Assembly (NCBI GenBank): GCA_036677365.1
Contig: JAVBWN010000035.1
Span: 1-43,674 of the forward strand
Reading direction: 5' to 3'
DNA from: Acholeplasma sp.
GTDB taxonomy: Bacteria > Bacillota_I > Bacilli_A > Acholeplasmatales > UBA5453
DNA: 43,674 nt
The position numbers and the translations under genes are program-made. The notes beneath the pieces are model-generated. The model searched no databases, had not been told where the DNA came from, and worked only from the letters and a program-made list of their open reading frames with translations. Below are positions 26,658 through 37,100 of this stretch, piece after piece (the stretch's first letter is position 1; each line of letters starts with the position of its first letter).

Positions 26658-29069
26658 ATGAAAAAAGTATTGATGTTTCTAATGTTAGTCTTTGGACTAG
26701 CGATTGCTCCATTTGGCATGAATGCCGCAGAGGGCGACCTTGTTGATCTATTTCCATACGATCAAGAAGCATGTTTACTGGCTGAGAATTCATGTACTCA
26801 GTTAAAATTAGGTGATTCATTCTGGGATTTAGAATTCGGCGGACACCGCTACCACTTCGTTAGAGGTGCTGTACGGTATGCCAAAGATTTCAACGATGCA
26901 AACTCAGATGGATTTATCAGTGCCACCGAAATGAACACATTACAATATAATGCGTTCGCTTCGATGATTATCAATGACACCGATTCTCCAGTCATTCTAT
27001 CTACAACCAATGGTAGAGCAGACTTAACATCTGTTGTTCAAAGAATTTGGACATACTTTGATGCTTCCGGTAAATTACAAATGGTTGAAGACCAAATCTT
27101 CACATACTACATTTTTAATGATGGCACCGTTGAAGCTCCAGAATGGCGTTTAGCAACTGCTGAAGAAAAAACAGCCTATGACGCAGCAGATCCAAAACCT
27201 GTAACAACTAGAATTGCGCACGTTCGTATGAAGATCGATGCAACCGACCCTCAAGGTTACAAACTTGAACCAGTCAAATACATCGCTTGGACTAACGCTG
27301 ACGTAGATACTACAACCGAATTAGACAAAGAAAAATGGTCAACCATCGTTGCTGGCGACCCTAACTTTGTTACCATCCCTGCAGGCTGGACAACTGTCAG
27401 CTTTGGTACAAACGATAGAGGATCTCTAAATACAAAGACCACAGATTTCATTAAGACATTACCAGGATTATTGGCCAATGCTCAAACAGCTAACGCTGAA
27501 ATCGTGTATACACACCAAGCACCTACATTTACTGGTATCACCGCATTAGACGATGATAACACAACGCCGGGTGTCAATATCGTGGTTGATTATCAATCTG
27601 CTTTTGATCTTCCGCTCACTGTAGAAGCATCTTGGGTAAATATGTTCAATGCTCAAGGTAAGGTTCAAAACCTAACTGAAAAGTTGAACTATAAAGTTGA
27701 AATTTGGAATGAAACAGGCGAAACCTTATTACAAACCATCGATTTCACTTATGATTCAGTCGCTATGGCATACACCAAGAGTGCGAATGTCACAGCAGTA
27801 GACTCCTCCGTTTTCGGTGCGGGTTATAAAGCTAAGTTCATCGCTGAAACTTCTAAAGGCGACGAAACTGTCGTTCAAGCAGACATCGTTGTTGGTGTAA
27901 TGCCTCCGAAGTTTATGGGTGTTGTCAACAGATTCTCTGATGAAGGTCAATATGTCAACGTTATGCAAGGCATCACTGCAGATGACGGTTATGGCAATGA
28001 CATCACAAATACCATTCAAGTGACTTACCCAGCAGGATTCAACTTCTATGCTCCAAAAGCTGGCGTTTATCAAATTAACTTACAATTCACTCACCATGTA
28101 CACATTCCAGGTACACCAGATGCACCAGCAACTGTCACATTTAAAGGCAGCACATACAACGTTACTAAGACAAACGTTCAATTGACCAACATCGCGAACG
28201 ATATTTCCGTTTGGACCGATGTTACTACATTCAAGACCTCAACATTCTCATGGGGTTCTGCCGGTGTCATTATCGAAGTAGCTGGCGATGGTACTGTGAT
28301 TAGAACCATCAACAGAAGAACTTGGGACTTAGTTGACGTGAACGGTACAAACACACCTGCAAACGCATCCGGTATGTTTGATGCTTGGTTGGCTGGTCTA
28401 ACCCTTGAAGCAAACGGATACATCGTTGTTGTTGGTGTCAACAAAGCCACTGAATACGCATTAGCAAGAACCATCGTGTATGATGACCCAGTTTCTAAGA
28501 CTGAGTTTGTCGCTGGTATTCCTGATTTCGATACAGACATCGTGAAGACCGCTTCTTATACATTAACCATCGATGATAAGACTGCCCCTGAATTGGTTGT
28601 AGTTAATGAAAACTTCAAGTTTGAAGCTGGCGCATTCTCTACTGCTAACGCTGCAATTCTATCCAACGTTATCGCTATTGATAACCATGATAGCAGATCA
28701 CAAATCGTGATTTATGTTGCACAAAATGGCGGCTTAAATGTCAACAATCCTGGCACATATACTGTTGAAGTAGTTGCTGAAGACAGAGCTGGTAACGCAT
28801 CCAGTGTAACCTTCCAAATCGAAGTTGTTGCAAGACCTGTTACCCCTGAAATCGTCGATGAAAAGATCGATCAAAAATTAGATGATAAAGAACAAGAAAT
28901 CATCGATTATATCAATGAAAACACATTGACTCTTGAACAAATTCAAGACTTAATCGAAGGTAAAGAAGACCAAGTTGGTACCTCTATGGCAGCGACCATC
29001 GCAATCTCTCTAAGCTCCTCAGTTGTAGCGTTTGCTGCAGCATTCATCATCTTGAGAAAACGTCCATAA
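26658..29069 (+). CDS. Unknown secreted, C-terminally anchored surface protein with Ig-like (DUF5011/HYR-like) repeats
   Basis: Signal peptide; GITADDGYGNDIT..I.V and DKTAP...AIDNHD...PGTYTVEVVAEDRAGN repeats; C-terminal TM + RKRP; AGGAGG RBS. Confidence 0.75.
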   Translation: MKKVLMFLMLVFGLAIAPFGMNAAEGDLVDLFPYDQEACLLAENSCTQLKLGDSFWDLEFGGHRYHFVRGAVRYAKDFNDANSDGFISATEMNTLQYNAFASMIINDTDSPVILSTTNGRADLTSVVQRIWTYFDASGKLQMVEDQIFTYYIFNDGTVEAPEWRLATAEEKTAYDAADPKPVTTRIAHVRMKIDATDPQGYKLEPVKYIAWTNADVDTTTELDKEKWSTIVAGDPNFVTIPAGWTTVSFGTNDRGSLNTKTTDFIKTLPGLLANAQTANAEIVYTHQAPTFTGITALDDDNTTPGVNIVVDYQSAFDLPLTVEASWVNMFNAQGKVQNLTEKLNYKVEIWNETGETLLQTIDFTYDSVAMAYTKSANVTAVDSSVFGAGYKAKFIAETSKGDETVVQADIVVGVMPPKFMGVVNRFSDEGQYVNVMQGITADDGYGNDITNTIQVTYPAGFNFYAPKAGVYQINLQFTHHVHIPGTPDAPATVTFKGSTYNVTKTNVQLTNIANDISVWTDVTTFKTSTFSWGSAGVIIEVAGDGTVIRTINRRTWDLVDVNGTNTPANASGMFDAWLAGLTLEANGYIVVVGVNKATEYALARTIVYDDPVSKTEFVAGIPDFDTDIVKTASYTLTIDDKTAPELVVVNENFKFEAGAFSTANAAILSNVIAIDNHDSRSQIVIYVAQNGGLNVNNPGTYTVEVVAEDRAGNASSVTFQIEVVARPVTPEIVDEKIDQKLDDKEQEIIDYINENTLTLEQIQDLIEGKEDQVGTSMAATIAISLSSSVVAFAAAFIILRKRP

Positions 29070-29088
29070 ACGTAAAAAGTAAACCATT

Positions 29089-29120
29089 GAAAGTTCCTTT
29101 ATATAGGAACTTTCTTTTTT
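29089..29120 (+). terminator. Intrinsic terminator
   Basis: GAAAGTTCCT-ttatat-AGGAACTTTC plus T6. Confidence 0.85.
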
Positions 29121-29188
29121 GGGTGTGAAAATAATTTTTTTAATGCGAAAATAACACGGTTGTCGAAAAAATCGAGTTAAAGACATAG

Positions 29189-29227
29189 TATAATGAAAGT
29201 GTATAAAAGTGCTTACATATATGTAAG
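29189..29227 (+). promoter_or_regulatory. ABC operon promoter/operator region
   Basis: TATAAT at 29189; cre-like TAAAAGTGCTTACA (29204-29217); perfect palindrome CTTACATATATGTAAG (29212-29227). Confidence 0.5.
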
Positions 29228-29274
29228 GAAACTTTTAAAAACAATGAAAATCTCAATAGAGAAAGGGAGATAAA

Positions 29275-30837
29275 ATGAGAAAAGTATTTTTAAGCATTTT
29301 ACTTTTAGTCTTCGCTATCGTGCTAGCAGCATGTGGCAATGGCGGTGGTGGCAACGAACCGGCTACAGCAAGCATTATTGGTGCGACAGACATCACAATC
29401 ACAGTAGGAGATACCTTTAATCCGCTCACTGGTGTGACAGCAACCGACAGTGTCGATGGTCCAATTACCAACATCACTGTGACAGGTACCGTCAATACCA
29501 ATGCACCAGCGGTTTACACACTCACATATAAAGTGACTGGTAGCGATGGTAAAGAAGTCATCGTCACACGCAAAGTCACGGTTCAAGGACAAGCGGTTGC
29601 ACCAACCAAAATCGTCATCATGCACGGGGCACCTTATGAAGTTGACCCATTCCATGCCGATTTTACCGGTACAAGACAACAAGAAAGACAAGCATTGCAA
29701 CGTCAAGTGGAATCTGAACTCAACGTCATCGTTGAATACAAACCTTACCCAGCCAACGCCCCATGGGGACCAGACCGTGTCAATGCAATCATTCAAGCGT
29801 CTGTTTCCAACAATCACTTAGCAGACATTTATTGGTCAACTTCTGACTGGATTCAGGCTTTAGCTAAAGCAGAAGCCATCGTACCGATTGATAAATATAT
29901 GGCTACTACAGGCAATAAGATTCATCAAAGCTATCAAAAAGTATCCACTTTCCAAGGACAACTTTGGGCATTCAATGAAGGCAATCTTACCGTAGATGCA
30001 GGCTTGTACTACAACGCAGACTTGGTTGCTAACTTAGGTGTGGCTAACCCTACACAACTCTATCTCGATGGTCAATGGACTTGGTCAAGATTTGAAACAT
30101 GGGCTAAACAAGTGAAAACATTGATGGCCAATGGTCAAGAAGAAATGTTCCCACTGGGGGGGATGCCATCGGCTTACGCTGAATCAATGATCCCACTCAA
30201 TGGTGGTACACTCATCAACAGTGTCACACAAAGGGTTTCATTTGCTCAAAATCCAGCGTTACAAACTTATGATTTCTTAAACAGCTTATATACCCAAGGT
30301 TTGTTTGAAACCTCACCACAATACGATGCCGGTTCACCATTATGGCAAGCTGGTAAAGTAGCGATGCATCCAGGTAACTTGTGGTTCGTTACAGCACCAA
30401 ACCGTTGGGGTGGTCTACCATTTGAACTAGGGTATGTCCCATTCCCTAAAGCAGATGCATTCACGGGTGCATATACTTCTCCAGTCAGTGGTGTGGCTGT
30501 ATACCATCTTGCATCAGGCATGACAGCTGCGAAAGAAGCGTTGGCTTTCCAAGTGTGGAATGCACTTCAATTATGGAGAACCGATGCTCAACTCAAATCA
30601 GATTTCGAATTGACTTTAATGACCAAATTTGACAAAGAAATTTACGTTGAAGCTTATCTTGAAGTCTATGACAAAGTATATCTAGAACTCATCAACGCAC
30701 TGGGCATCAGTGCTTATAGCGAACAAGGTTGGAGAAGAAATGTCAACTTAGCTGTTCGCGAAGGTAATGCGAGAACACTCATGGATGGTATCAAACCAAC
30801 CTATGATGCCGCATTAGAAGCATATTTTAATTCGTAA
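29275..30837 (+). CDS. Carbohydrate ABC transporter solute-binding lipoprotein with N-terminal Ig-like (DUF5011-type) domain
   Basis: LAAC lipobox; GVTATDSVDG..T...V.GTVNT..P..YTLTY.V domain; family-1 SBP features YYN.DL, G.WTW..F, GKVAM, GYVPFPK. Confidence 0.85.
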   Translation: MRKVFLSILLLVFAIVLAACGNGGGGNEPATASIIGATDITITVGDTFNPLTGVTATDSVDGPITNITVTGTVNTNAPAVYTLTYKVTGSDGKEVIVTRKVTVQGQAVAPTKIVIMHGAPYEVDPFHADFTGTRQQERQALQRQVESELNVIVEYKPYPANAPWGPDRVNAIIQASVSNNHLADIYWSTSDWIQALAKAEAIVPIDKYMATTGNKIHQSYQKVSTFQGQLWAFNEGNLTVDAGLYYNADLVANLGVANPTQLYLDGQWTWSRFETWAKQVKTLMANGQEEMFPLGGMPSAYAESMIPLNGGTLINSVTQRVSFAQNPALQTYDFLNSLYTQGLFETSPQYDAGSPLWQAGKVAMHPGNLWFVTAPNRWGGLPFELGYVPFPKADAFTGAYTSPVSGVAVYHLASGMTAAKEALAFQVWNALQLWRTDAQLKSDFELTLMTKFDKEIYVEAYLEVYDKVYLELINALGISAYSEQGWRRNVNLAVREGNARTLMDGIKPTYDAALEAYFNS

Positions 30838-30848
30838 CAAAAAAAAGA

Positions 30849-30890
30849 TGATAAAAGCCCTCTCCTCAATGGGGAGAGGGCACCTTATCA
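30849..30890 (+). other. Strong intergenic stem-loop without U tract
   Basis: GCCCTCTCCTC-aat-GGGGAGAGGGC with outer TGATAA/TTATCA pairing. Confidence 0.6.
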
Positions 30891-30903
30891 AAGGGGTGTT
30901 ATT

Positions 30904-33810
30904 TTGAAAAAAGGTTTAATCATTACATTATCAGCTGTGTTTTTGTTTTTAATCTACAGTTTACTTGATTATGCCTGGCTAGCCAATCGCCAGAGTCCAT
31001 TGTCATTCAACACTAGCCATATTACAGTGACGGACTCCGACCTCTATGGCAAAAATTCAGATTATTATCAATACAAATCCACTAAAGTTGAAAATTATCC
31101 AGTCATGTCCGATCTGGTCATCGCTGGTTCACAATACGATACGATGGTCGGTAACCAACAGATCTTGAACAGTTATGAAGGGGTATCGAACGTCCTACTT
31201 ACCGAAGAAACTGGATCAGTCACCTATGAATTTAGTGTGAATGAGTCAGGCTTTTATCATGTTTTAGTTCAGTATTACCCATATGAAGGCAAATCATCCA
31301 ACATTGAAAGAAAAGTATGGGTCAATGAGGTTATCCCATTCAAAGGCTTAGAAAATGTTGTATTCCATCGCACTTGGGGGGCTAAAGAATCAGTGAAGAA
31401 AGACATCTTTGGCAACGACATTCGTCCTTCTCAAGTCGAAATCCCACAGTGGCAACAAACCTATATCAAAGACGCTGTAGGGTATATCACAGAGCCCTAT
31501 GAAATTTATTTAGAAGCAGGATCAAATACAATTACTTTTGAATCTGTTAGAGAACCCATGGTCATTGGCAAGTTGATGGTGACTTCAGTGAAAGGTTTAA
31601 AAACATATGCTGAAGTGAAATCAAGTTATGATCAGGCTGGATATACTGTGGCTCAGCAAGCCAATCTACTCATACAAGCGGAAGAACCACTGTATACCAC
31701 AGCCCCTACCTTGTATCCACTGAATGACAGAACCAGCAGTTTGACGATGATGTCAGACCCAAGCAAGATCATTTTGAATACCATTGGTGGGAATAACTGG
31801 CGTATTTCAGGCGATAAAATCACTTGGTCATTTGAAGTAGAAGCCGATGGCTTGTACAATTTATCACTACGCGTCAAACAAAAAATCGCGAGTGGCGTTA
31901 ACGTCGGAAGAAATATTTATATCGATGGTGTCATCCCATTTGAAGAACTTAGAAACTATGAATTCAAACACAGCAACGATTGGCGTATCCAAACTTTAGG
32001 TAATAAATCAGAGGCTTACTTGTTTTACCTAGAAGCAGGCACCCATGAAATTACTTTAGAAGTATCCTTGGCTCAGTATGGTATTTTGATCGATGAAATT
32101 CAAAATTCGATTGCGAATCTCAATAAGATTTACCGTGAAATTTTGGTTTATACAGGACCAGAACCTGACCAATACAGAGACTATCAATTGACTGAACGTA
32201 TCCCGAATTTAGTAGGTCGTCTCCAAGCTGAACGTACCACGTTAAGAAATGTTCGTAAAGCATTGATTGAAATTTCAGGTTCAACCTCTGAAAAAACAGG
32301 TATTCTCGATACGATGCTCATACAACTGGATGATTTCGTGAAAAAACCACGAGAAATCCATCGTAAGCTTTCAGCATACAACTCAAACATTTCAGCATTA
32401 GGGACGCTCATTACTTTACTGGATGCGCAACCCCTAGAAATTGATTATTTTGTTATTCATCAACCGGATGCGAAATTACCAAAAGCCAAAGCCAGTGTGA
32501 TGGAAAGCCTATGGTATAGCGTTAGAGCATTCTTCGCTTCCTTCTTAACCGATTACTCAGCGGTGGGTAAAACCACAACAGGTAGTAGTGAAACGATTGA
32601 AGTATGGTTATCCATAGGTAAAGACCAAGCCAATATTCTGAGAAAATTGATTGATGAATCCTTTACCCCACAATATGGCATCCAAGTAGACCTTAAATTG
32701 GTGAATGGTGCGGTATTACTACCAGCCACTTTATCTGGTCGAGGACCGGATGTCGCGATGGGGGTAGACCACAGTGTACCTGTGAATTATGCGATGCGTA
32801 ACGCAGCGTATGATTTAACCAATTTCAACGATTTCACCACAATCAGCGAACGTTTCATGGACAGTGCATTTACCCCGTATGAATACAATGACGGCGTGTA
32901 TGCCTTACCTGAACAACAAACGTTCTTAATGATGTTCTACCGTACTGACATATTTGAAGAAATGGGCTTTGATGTCCCACAAACATGGACAGATGTTATT
33001 CAATTGGTTCCAGACTTACAAAAACACAACTTAGAATTTTACTTACCAATTCCAGCATCGGCAGGTAACGTTGCAAACTTACCAGCGAACCCTGTATTCT
33101 CATCGATGTTCTATCAAAACGATGGCGAGTTCTATGTCGATAATAATTCTAAATCCGGGTTTAATGAAGGCAAAGGACCTGCAGTATTCGAAACTTGGAC
33201 TAAGTTTTATACCGATTATTCCTTTCCTGTAGAAGCCAACTTCATCAACCGATTTAGAAGTGGTCAAATGCCAATAGGTATTACTTATTACAATACCTAC
33301 AATACGCTTGCGGTATTCGCCCCAGAAATCAAAGGTAAATGGAATTTTGTTTCCATCCCGGGAACAGCCGATTTTGATAATCTTGGGCAACCTATCATCC
33401 GTAGAGAAACCGTATCCTCTGGGACAGGTGTCATGATTTTGGATCAATCAAATAAGAAGGCGGCATCTTGGGAGTACCTCAAATGGTGGACTTCGACAGA
33501 AACACAAGTCCGTTTTGGTCGTGAAATGGAAGGTATCTTGGGGGCCGCAGCCCGTTACCCTACCGCGAACATCGATGCGATGTCACAGCTTCCGTGGACT
33601 GTATCTGAATACAATAAACTCATGGATACATGGGTTTGGGTGAGAGGCATACCTGAAGTACCTGGTGGTTACATGACAGGTAGACACTTAGACAACGCCT
33701 TGAGATTGGTCATCAATGACAACGCCAACCCTCGGGAAACGATTTATGATTATGTACAAATTATCAATGAAGAAATAACGAAGAAACGAAATGAATTCGG
33801 ACTAGATTAA
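30904..33810 (+). CDS. Large extracellular solute-binding protein (two CBM-like beta-sandwiches, helical linker, family-1 SBP domain)
   Basis: N-terminal TM, TTG start; repeated (Y/W).F.V...G.Y...YLEAG...IT motifs; C-terminal GPDVA, YALPE.Q.F.MMFYRTDI, PQTW, WEYLKWWTS. Confidence 0.82.
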   Translation: MKKGLIITLSAVFLFLIYSLLDYAWLANRQSPLSFNTSHITVTDSDLYGKNSDYYQYKSTKVENYPVMSDLVIAGSQYDTMVGNQQILNSYEGVSNVLLTEETGSVTYEFSVNESGFYHVLVQYYPYEGKSSNIERKVWVNEVIPFKGLENVVFHRTWGAKESVKKDIFGNDIRPSQVEIPQWQQTYIKDAVGYITEPYEIYLEAGSNTITFESVREPMVIGKLMVTSVKGLKTYAEVKSSYDQAGYTVAQQANLLIQAEEPLYTTAPTLYPLNDRTSSLTMMSDPSKIILNTIGGNNWRISGDKITWSFEVEADGLYNLSLRVKQKIASGVNVGRNIYIDGVIPFEELRNYEFKHSNDWRIQTLGNKSEAYLFYLEAGTHEITLEVSLAQYGILIDEIQNSIANLNKIYREILVYTGPEPDQYRDYQLTERIPNLVGRLQAERTTLRNVRKALIEISGSTSEKTGILDTMLIQLDDFVKKPREIHRKLSAYNSNISALGTLITLLDAQPLEIDYFVIHQPDAKLPKAKASVMESLWYSVRAFFASFLTDYSAVGKTTTGSSETIEVWLSIGKDQANILRKLIDESFTPQYGIQVDLKLVNGAVLLPATLSGRGPDVAMGVDHSVPVNYAMRNAAYDLTNFNDFTTISERFMDSAFTPYEYNDGVYALPEQQTFLMMFYRTDIFEEMGFDVPQTWTDVIQLVPDLQKHNLEFYLPIPASAGNVANLPANPVFSSMFYQNDGEFYVDNNSKSGFNEGKGPAVFETWTKFYTDYSFPVEANFINRFRSGQMPIGITYYNTYNTLAVFAPEIKGKWNFVSIPGTADFDNLGQPIIRRETVSSGTGVMILDQSNKKAASWEYLKWWTSTETQVRFGREMEGILGAAARYPTANIDAMSQLPWTVSEYNKLMDTWVWVRGIPEVPGGYMTGRHLDNALRLVINDNANPRETIYDYVQIINEEITKKRNEFGLD

Positions 33811-33821
33811 GGAGGTCTATT

Positions 33822-34754
33822 GTGCAATCAGCATTGAAAACAAAACCAAAATACACAAAACGACAACTCCTTAAAATGGAAATCAAGAAACACAAACATT
33901 TATACATTTTAATGGCACCGTACGCACTTTTATTTTTCACATTCACTGTGATACCGGTGTTCATGTCGTTAGGCATTAGTTTTAGTTACTATAACTTATT
34001 GGAAACCCCAAGATTCATCGGGTTAGACAATTACTTAAAATTATTACTGTATGACGATGAATTCATCATCGCCATCAAAAACACACTCATCCTCGCGGTA
34101 GTCACTGGCCCTGTGAGCTACATGATGGCTTTCGTATTCGCGTGGCTAATCAATGAACTCAGACCCAAAGTCAGGGCATTTATGACATTGATTTTCTACG
34201 CCCCATCCATATCAGGGAATGCATACTTGATGTGGCTCATCATATTCTCAGGTGATATCCATGGCTACGCGAACGCATTCTTGATTCGCTATGGGTTTAT
34301 CGATAACCCGATTTTATGGTTAAAAAACCCAGATTACATCATGTTGGTCATCATCATCGTTCAACTATGGTTGTCCCTCGGGGTATCCTTCTTATCCTTC
34401 ATCGCGGGGCTTCAAAGTGTCGATAAGACATTGTATGAAGCCGGTGCGATCGATGGCATCCGTAACCGTTGGCAAGAACTTTGGTACATCACATTACCAA
34501 GCATGAAGCCTCAATTGTTGTTTGGTGCGGTGATGCAAATCACCACGAGTTTGGCGATTGCAGAAGTGTCGATGCAACTGGTGGGGTTCCCCTCAGTACA
34601 ATATGCAGGGCACACGATTGTCACCCACTTGATTGACTATGGTTCAACCCGATTTGATTTGGGGTATGCCAGTGCCATCGCTACAATCTTATTCCTCATC
34701 ATGATGAGCGCGAACTTATTCGTTCGTAGCTTCTTAAGAAAGTTGGGTGATTAA
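33822..34754 (+). CDS. Carbohydrate ABC transporter permease (MalF/UgpA type)
   Basis: FIGLDNY, six TM segments, EAA loop LYEAGAIDG...ITLP, LGYASA; GTG start after AAGGAGG. Confidence 0.92.
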   Translation: MQSALKTKPKYTKRQLLKMEIKKHKHLYILMAPYALLFFTFTVIPVFMSLGISFSYYNLLETPRFIGLDNYLKLLLYDDEFIIAIKNTLILAVVTGPVSYMMAFVFAWLINELRPKVRAFMTLIFYAPSISGNAYLMWLIIFSGDIHGYANAFLIRYGFIDNPILWLKNPDYIMLVIIIVQLWLSLGVSFLSFIAGLQSVDKTLYEAGAIDGIRNRWQELWYITLPSMKPQLLFGAVMQITTSLAIAEVSMQLVGFPSVQYAGHTIVTHLIDYGSTRFDLGYASAIATILFLIMMSANLFVRSFLRKLGD

Positions 34755-34755
34755 G

Positions 34756-35622
34756 ATGGCGAAAAAACTCAAAATCAAAGCCACCCGTAAACTCAATCGT
34801 TCGTTGGGTGGGGATATTTTCTTGATGACACTATTGATGATATTTGGGATCTTCAGTGCATACCCACTCATCATGACAGTCTCAAATGCGTTTAAACCCC
34901 TCGATGAATTGTTTAAGTTTCCACCCACATTATTACCAAGGAACATCACATTCGATAACTTTAGAGATTTATCTGAACTGATGGAAAACTCATGGATTCC
35001 ATTCTCTCGATATTTCTTTAACACCATTTTCATCACGTTGACCGGGACCGTGGGTCATGTCATCATCGCATCGATGGCGGCTTATCCACTCGCCAAATAT
35101 AAATTTCCAGGCAAGACGATTTTCTTCACACTGGTCGTCTATTCCTTGATGTTCGCCCCACAAGTCACCGCGACACCAAACTACATCATCATTTCCAGCA
35201 TTGGATTGGTCGATACCCCGTTCGCCATCATTTTACCAGCCATCGCTTCATCTTTAGGGCTTTACCTCATGAAGCAATTCATGACACAAATCCCCGATGA
35301 ATTGATCGAATCAGCAAAAATCGATGGTGCAAGCGAATATCGTATATTCTTTCAAATCGTGATGCCGCTCGTTAAACCTGCGTGGTTGACACTCGTCATC
35401 TTATTGTTCCAAAGACTTTGGACAACCGATGGGGGCGCGTTCATTTTCTCAGAAGAATATAAACCAGTGTCCTATGCATTAAGACAAATCGCCCAAGGGT
35501 CGATTGAACGCGCAGGCACCATCGCAGCTGTTGCATTCGTGATGATGATCGTTCCAGTCACATTCTTTATGATTTCACAGTCTAGAATTGTTGAAACATT
35601 TAGCCATTCAGGCATGAAATAA
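34756..35622 (+). CDS. Carbohydrate ABC transporter permease (MalG type)
   Basis: PPTL.P...T.DNF, AAYPLAK.KFPGK, IPDELIESAKIDGAS...IVMPL.KP. Start at ATG 34756 (GTG 34747 is an alternative). Confidence 0.92.
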   Translation: MAKKLKIKATRKLNRSLGGDIFLMTLLMIFGIFSAYPLIMTVSNAFKPLDELFKFPPTLLPRNITFDNFRDLSELMENSWIPFSRYFFNTIFITLTGTVGHVIIASMAAYPLAKYKFPGKTIFFTLVVYSLMFAPQVTATPNYIIISSIGLVDTPFAIILPAIASSLGLYLMKQFMTQIPDELIESAKIDGASEYRIFFQIVMPLVKPAWLTLVILLFQRLWTTDGGAFIFSEEYKPVSYALRQIAQGSIERAGTIAAVAFVMMIVPVTFFMISQSRIVETFSHSGMK

Positions 35623-35633
35623 GGAGGATACAC

Positions 35634-37100
35634 ATGAAAATATTCGCATTTTTCACCCTGTTATTCACCTTACCATTGCAAATTTCATCGGTTTCATATA
35701 ATTACTCTTATTATAATGAAGTCATTCACTCCGCACCGGGCATGACGTTCGCTGCGTATTTCAATGCGCAAACTTTAGGTACTAAGTTATCTACTCCGGA
35801 AGATATGGTTGTCTTTGAAGATTTAATCTATATCGTCGATTCAACTGAAAACGCGATTGTCATTGTGAATTCACAATTTGAAAAAGTGGATGTCATCAAA
35901 GACTTCCCGTATACTCAAAGTTTTTTAGATAAACAAGACCCTGAATTTATAGAAACCGGCACCACCCTCAAAGGGGCTTTTGGATTAGAAGTAACATCTA
36001 ATGCCGTTTATGTGGCTGACACAGGGAACAAGCGTATCGTCAAATTGAATCGTGATTTCGAAGTTGTAGATATCTTTGATACTGTGGATGACCCGACATT
36101 CGATGAACTCAATTTCGAACCAATCAAAATCACAGTGGATTCGACAGAACGCATGTATGTGATTGCAAAAAACGTCTATGAAGGCATCATTGAGCTATCT
36201 TCAAATGGCGATTTTAATCGCTTCACTGGGGTCAATCCAATCAAGATGACTCCGTATGAAATATTTAGAAGAAACATGATGACAGAAGCCCAACTGGCAC
36301 AATTGAAATTATTCTTACCAACAGAATATACAAACGTGGTTCTAAACCCAGAAAGTTTCATTTACGCAACTTCCAAGCCGAGTCAAAACAATGCTCAAAA
36401 CACGATCCAACTCATCAACCCTAAAGGCATCGATGTCATTAAAAAGCGTGGTTATTTTCCACCGATGGGTGACATCCATTACTTAGAGGGCGGTAATAAA
36501 TATGTCCTTACAGGACCATCATTACTACAAGACATCGCTTATACCAAACATGGCATTTACACTGTTTTAGACCAAAAACGTTCACGCTTATTTACCTACG
36601 ACAATGAAGGCAACTTGTTATACATCAACAGTGCAGAAGGTCAACAAAGCGATAAGTTTACCGAAGGGGTGGCCATCGCATACTTTAACGATGACATCAT
36701 GGTCTTAGACAGAAAAACCAGAACGGTCATTGTTTACCGATTGACTGATTTTGGTCGAGCAGTCAATTTAGCGGTTTCTCTACAAGATGAAGGCTTATAC
36801 GATGAGGCTGCAGAAATTTGGAGAGAGGTTTTGGTTTTAAATACCAACTACGAAGTCTCTTACAATGGCATTGGTAAGTACTTGCTAAGACGCGGTGAAT
36901 TCAAAGAAGCCATGACGTATTTTAAACTAGGCCACGATGATTTTTATTACTCAAAAGCTTTCAAAGGGTACCGTAACCAAATCTTAAGAGACAACTTCGG
37001 TTGGATCATGGGTGGCACGGTCACTTTGGCGGGTTTATTTGTGTATATCAAGATTCGTAAGACCATCAGAAGTGGAGGTCATGTCCTATATGAAGACTAA
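35634..37100 (+). CDS. NHL-repeat beta-propeller protein with TPR-like segment and C-terminal TM
   Basis: Signal peptide; IYIVDS.EN.I, VYVADTGNKRIV, P.KITVD...MYV repeats; AAE.W.EVL.LN.NY...Y.GIGK helices. Confidence 0.8.
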   Translation: MKIFAFFTLLFTLPLQISSVSYNYSYYNEVIHSAPGMTFAAYFNAQTLGTKLSTPEDMVVFEDLIYIVDSTENAIVIVNSQFEKVDVIKDFPYTQSFLDKQDPEFIETGTTLKGAFGLEVTSNAVYVADTGNKRIVKLNRDFEVVDIFDTVDDPTFDELNFEPIKITVDSTERMYVIAKNVYEGIIELSSNGDFNRFTGVNPIKMTPYEIFRRNMMTEAQLAQLKLFLPTEYTNVVLNPESFIYATSKPSQNNAQNTIQLINPKGIDVIKKRGYFPPMGDIHYLEGGNKYVLTGPSLLQDIAYTKHGIYTVLDQKRSRLFTYDNEGNLLYINSAEGQQSDKFTEGVAIAYFNDDIMVLDRKTRTVIVYRLTDFGRAVNLAVSLQDEGLYDEAAEIWREVLVLNTNYEVSYNGIGKYLLRRGEFKEAMTYFKLGHDDFYYSKAFKGYRNQILRDNFGWIMGGTVTLAGLFVYIKIRKTIRSGGHVLYED

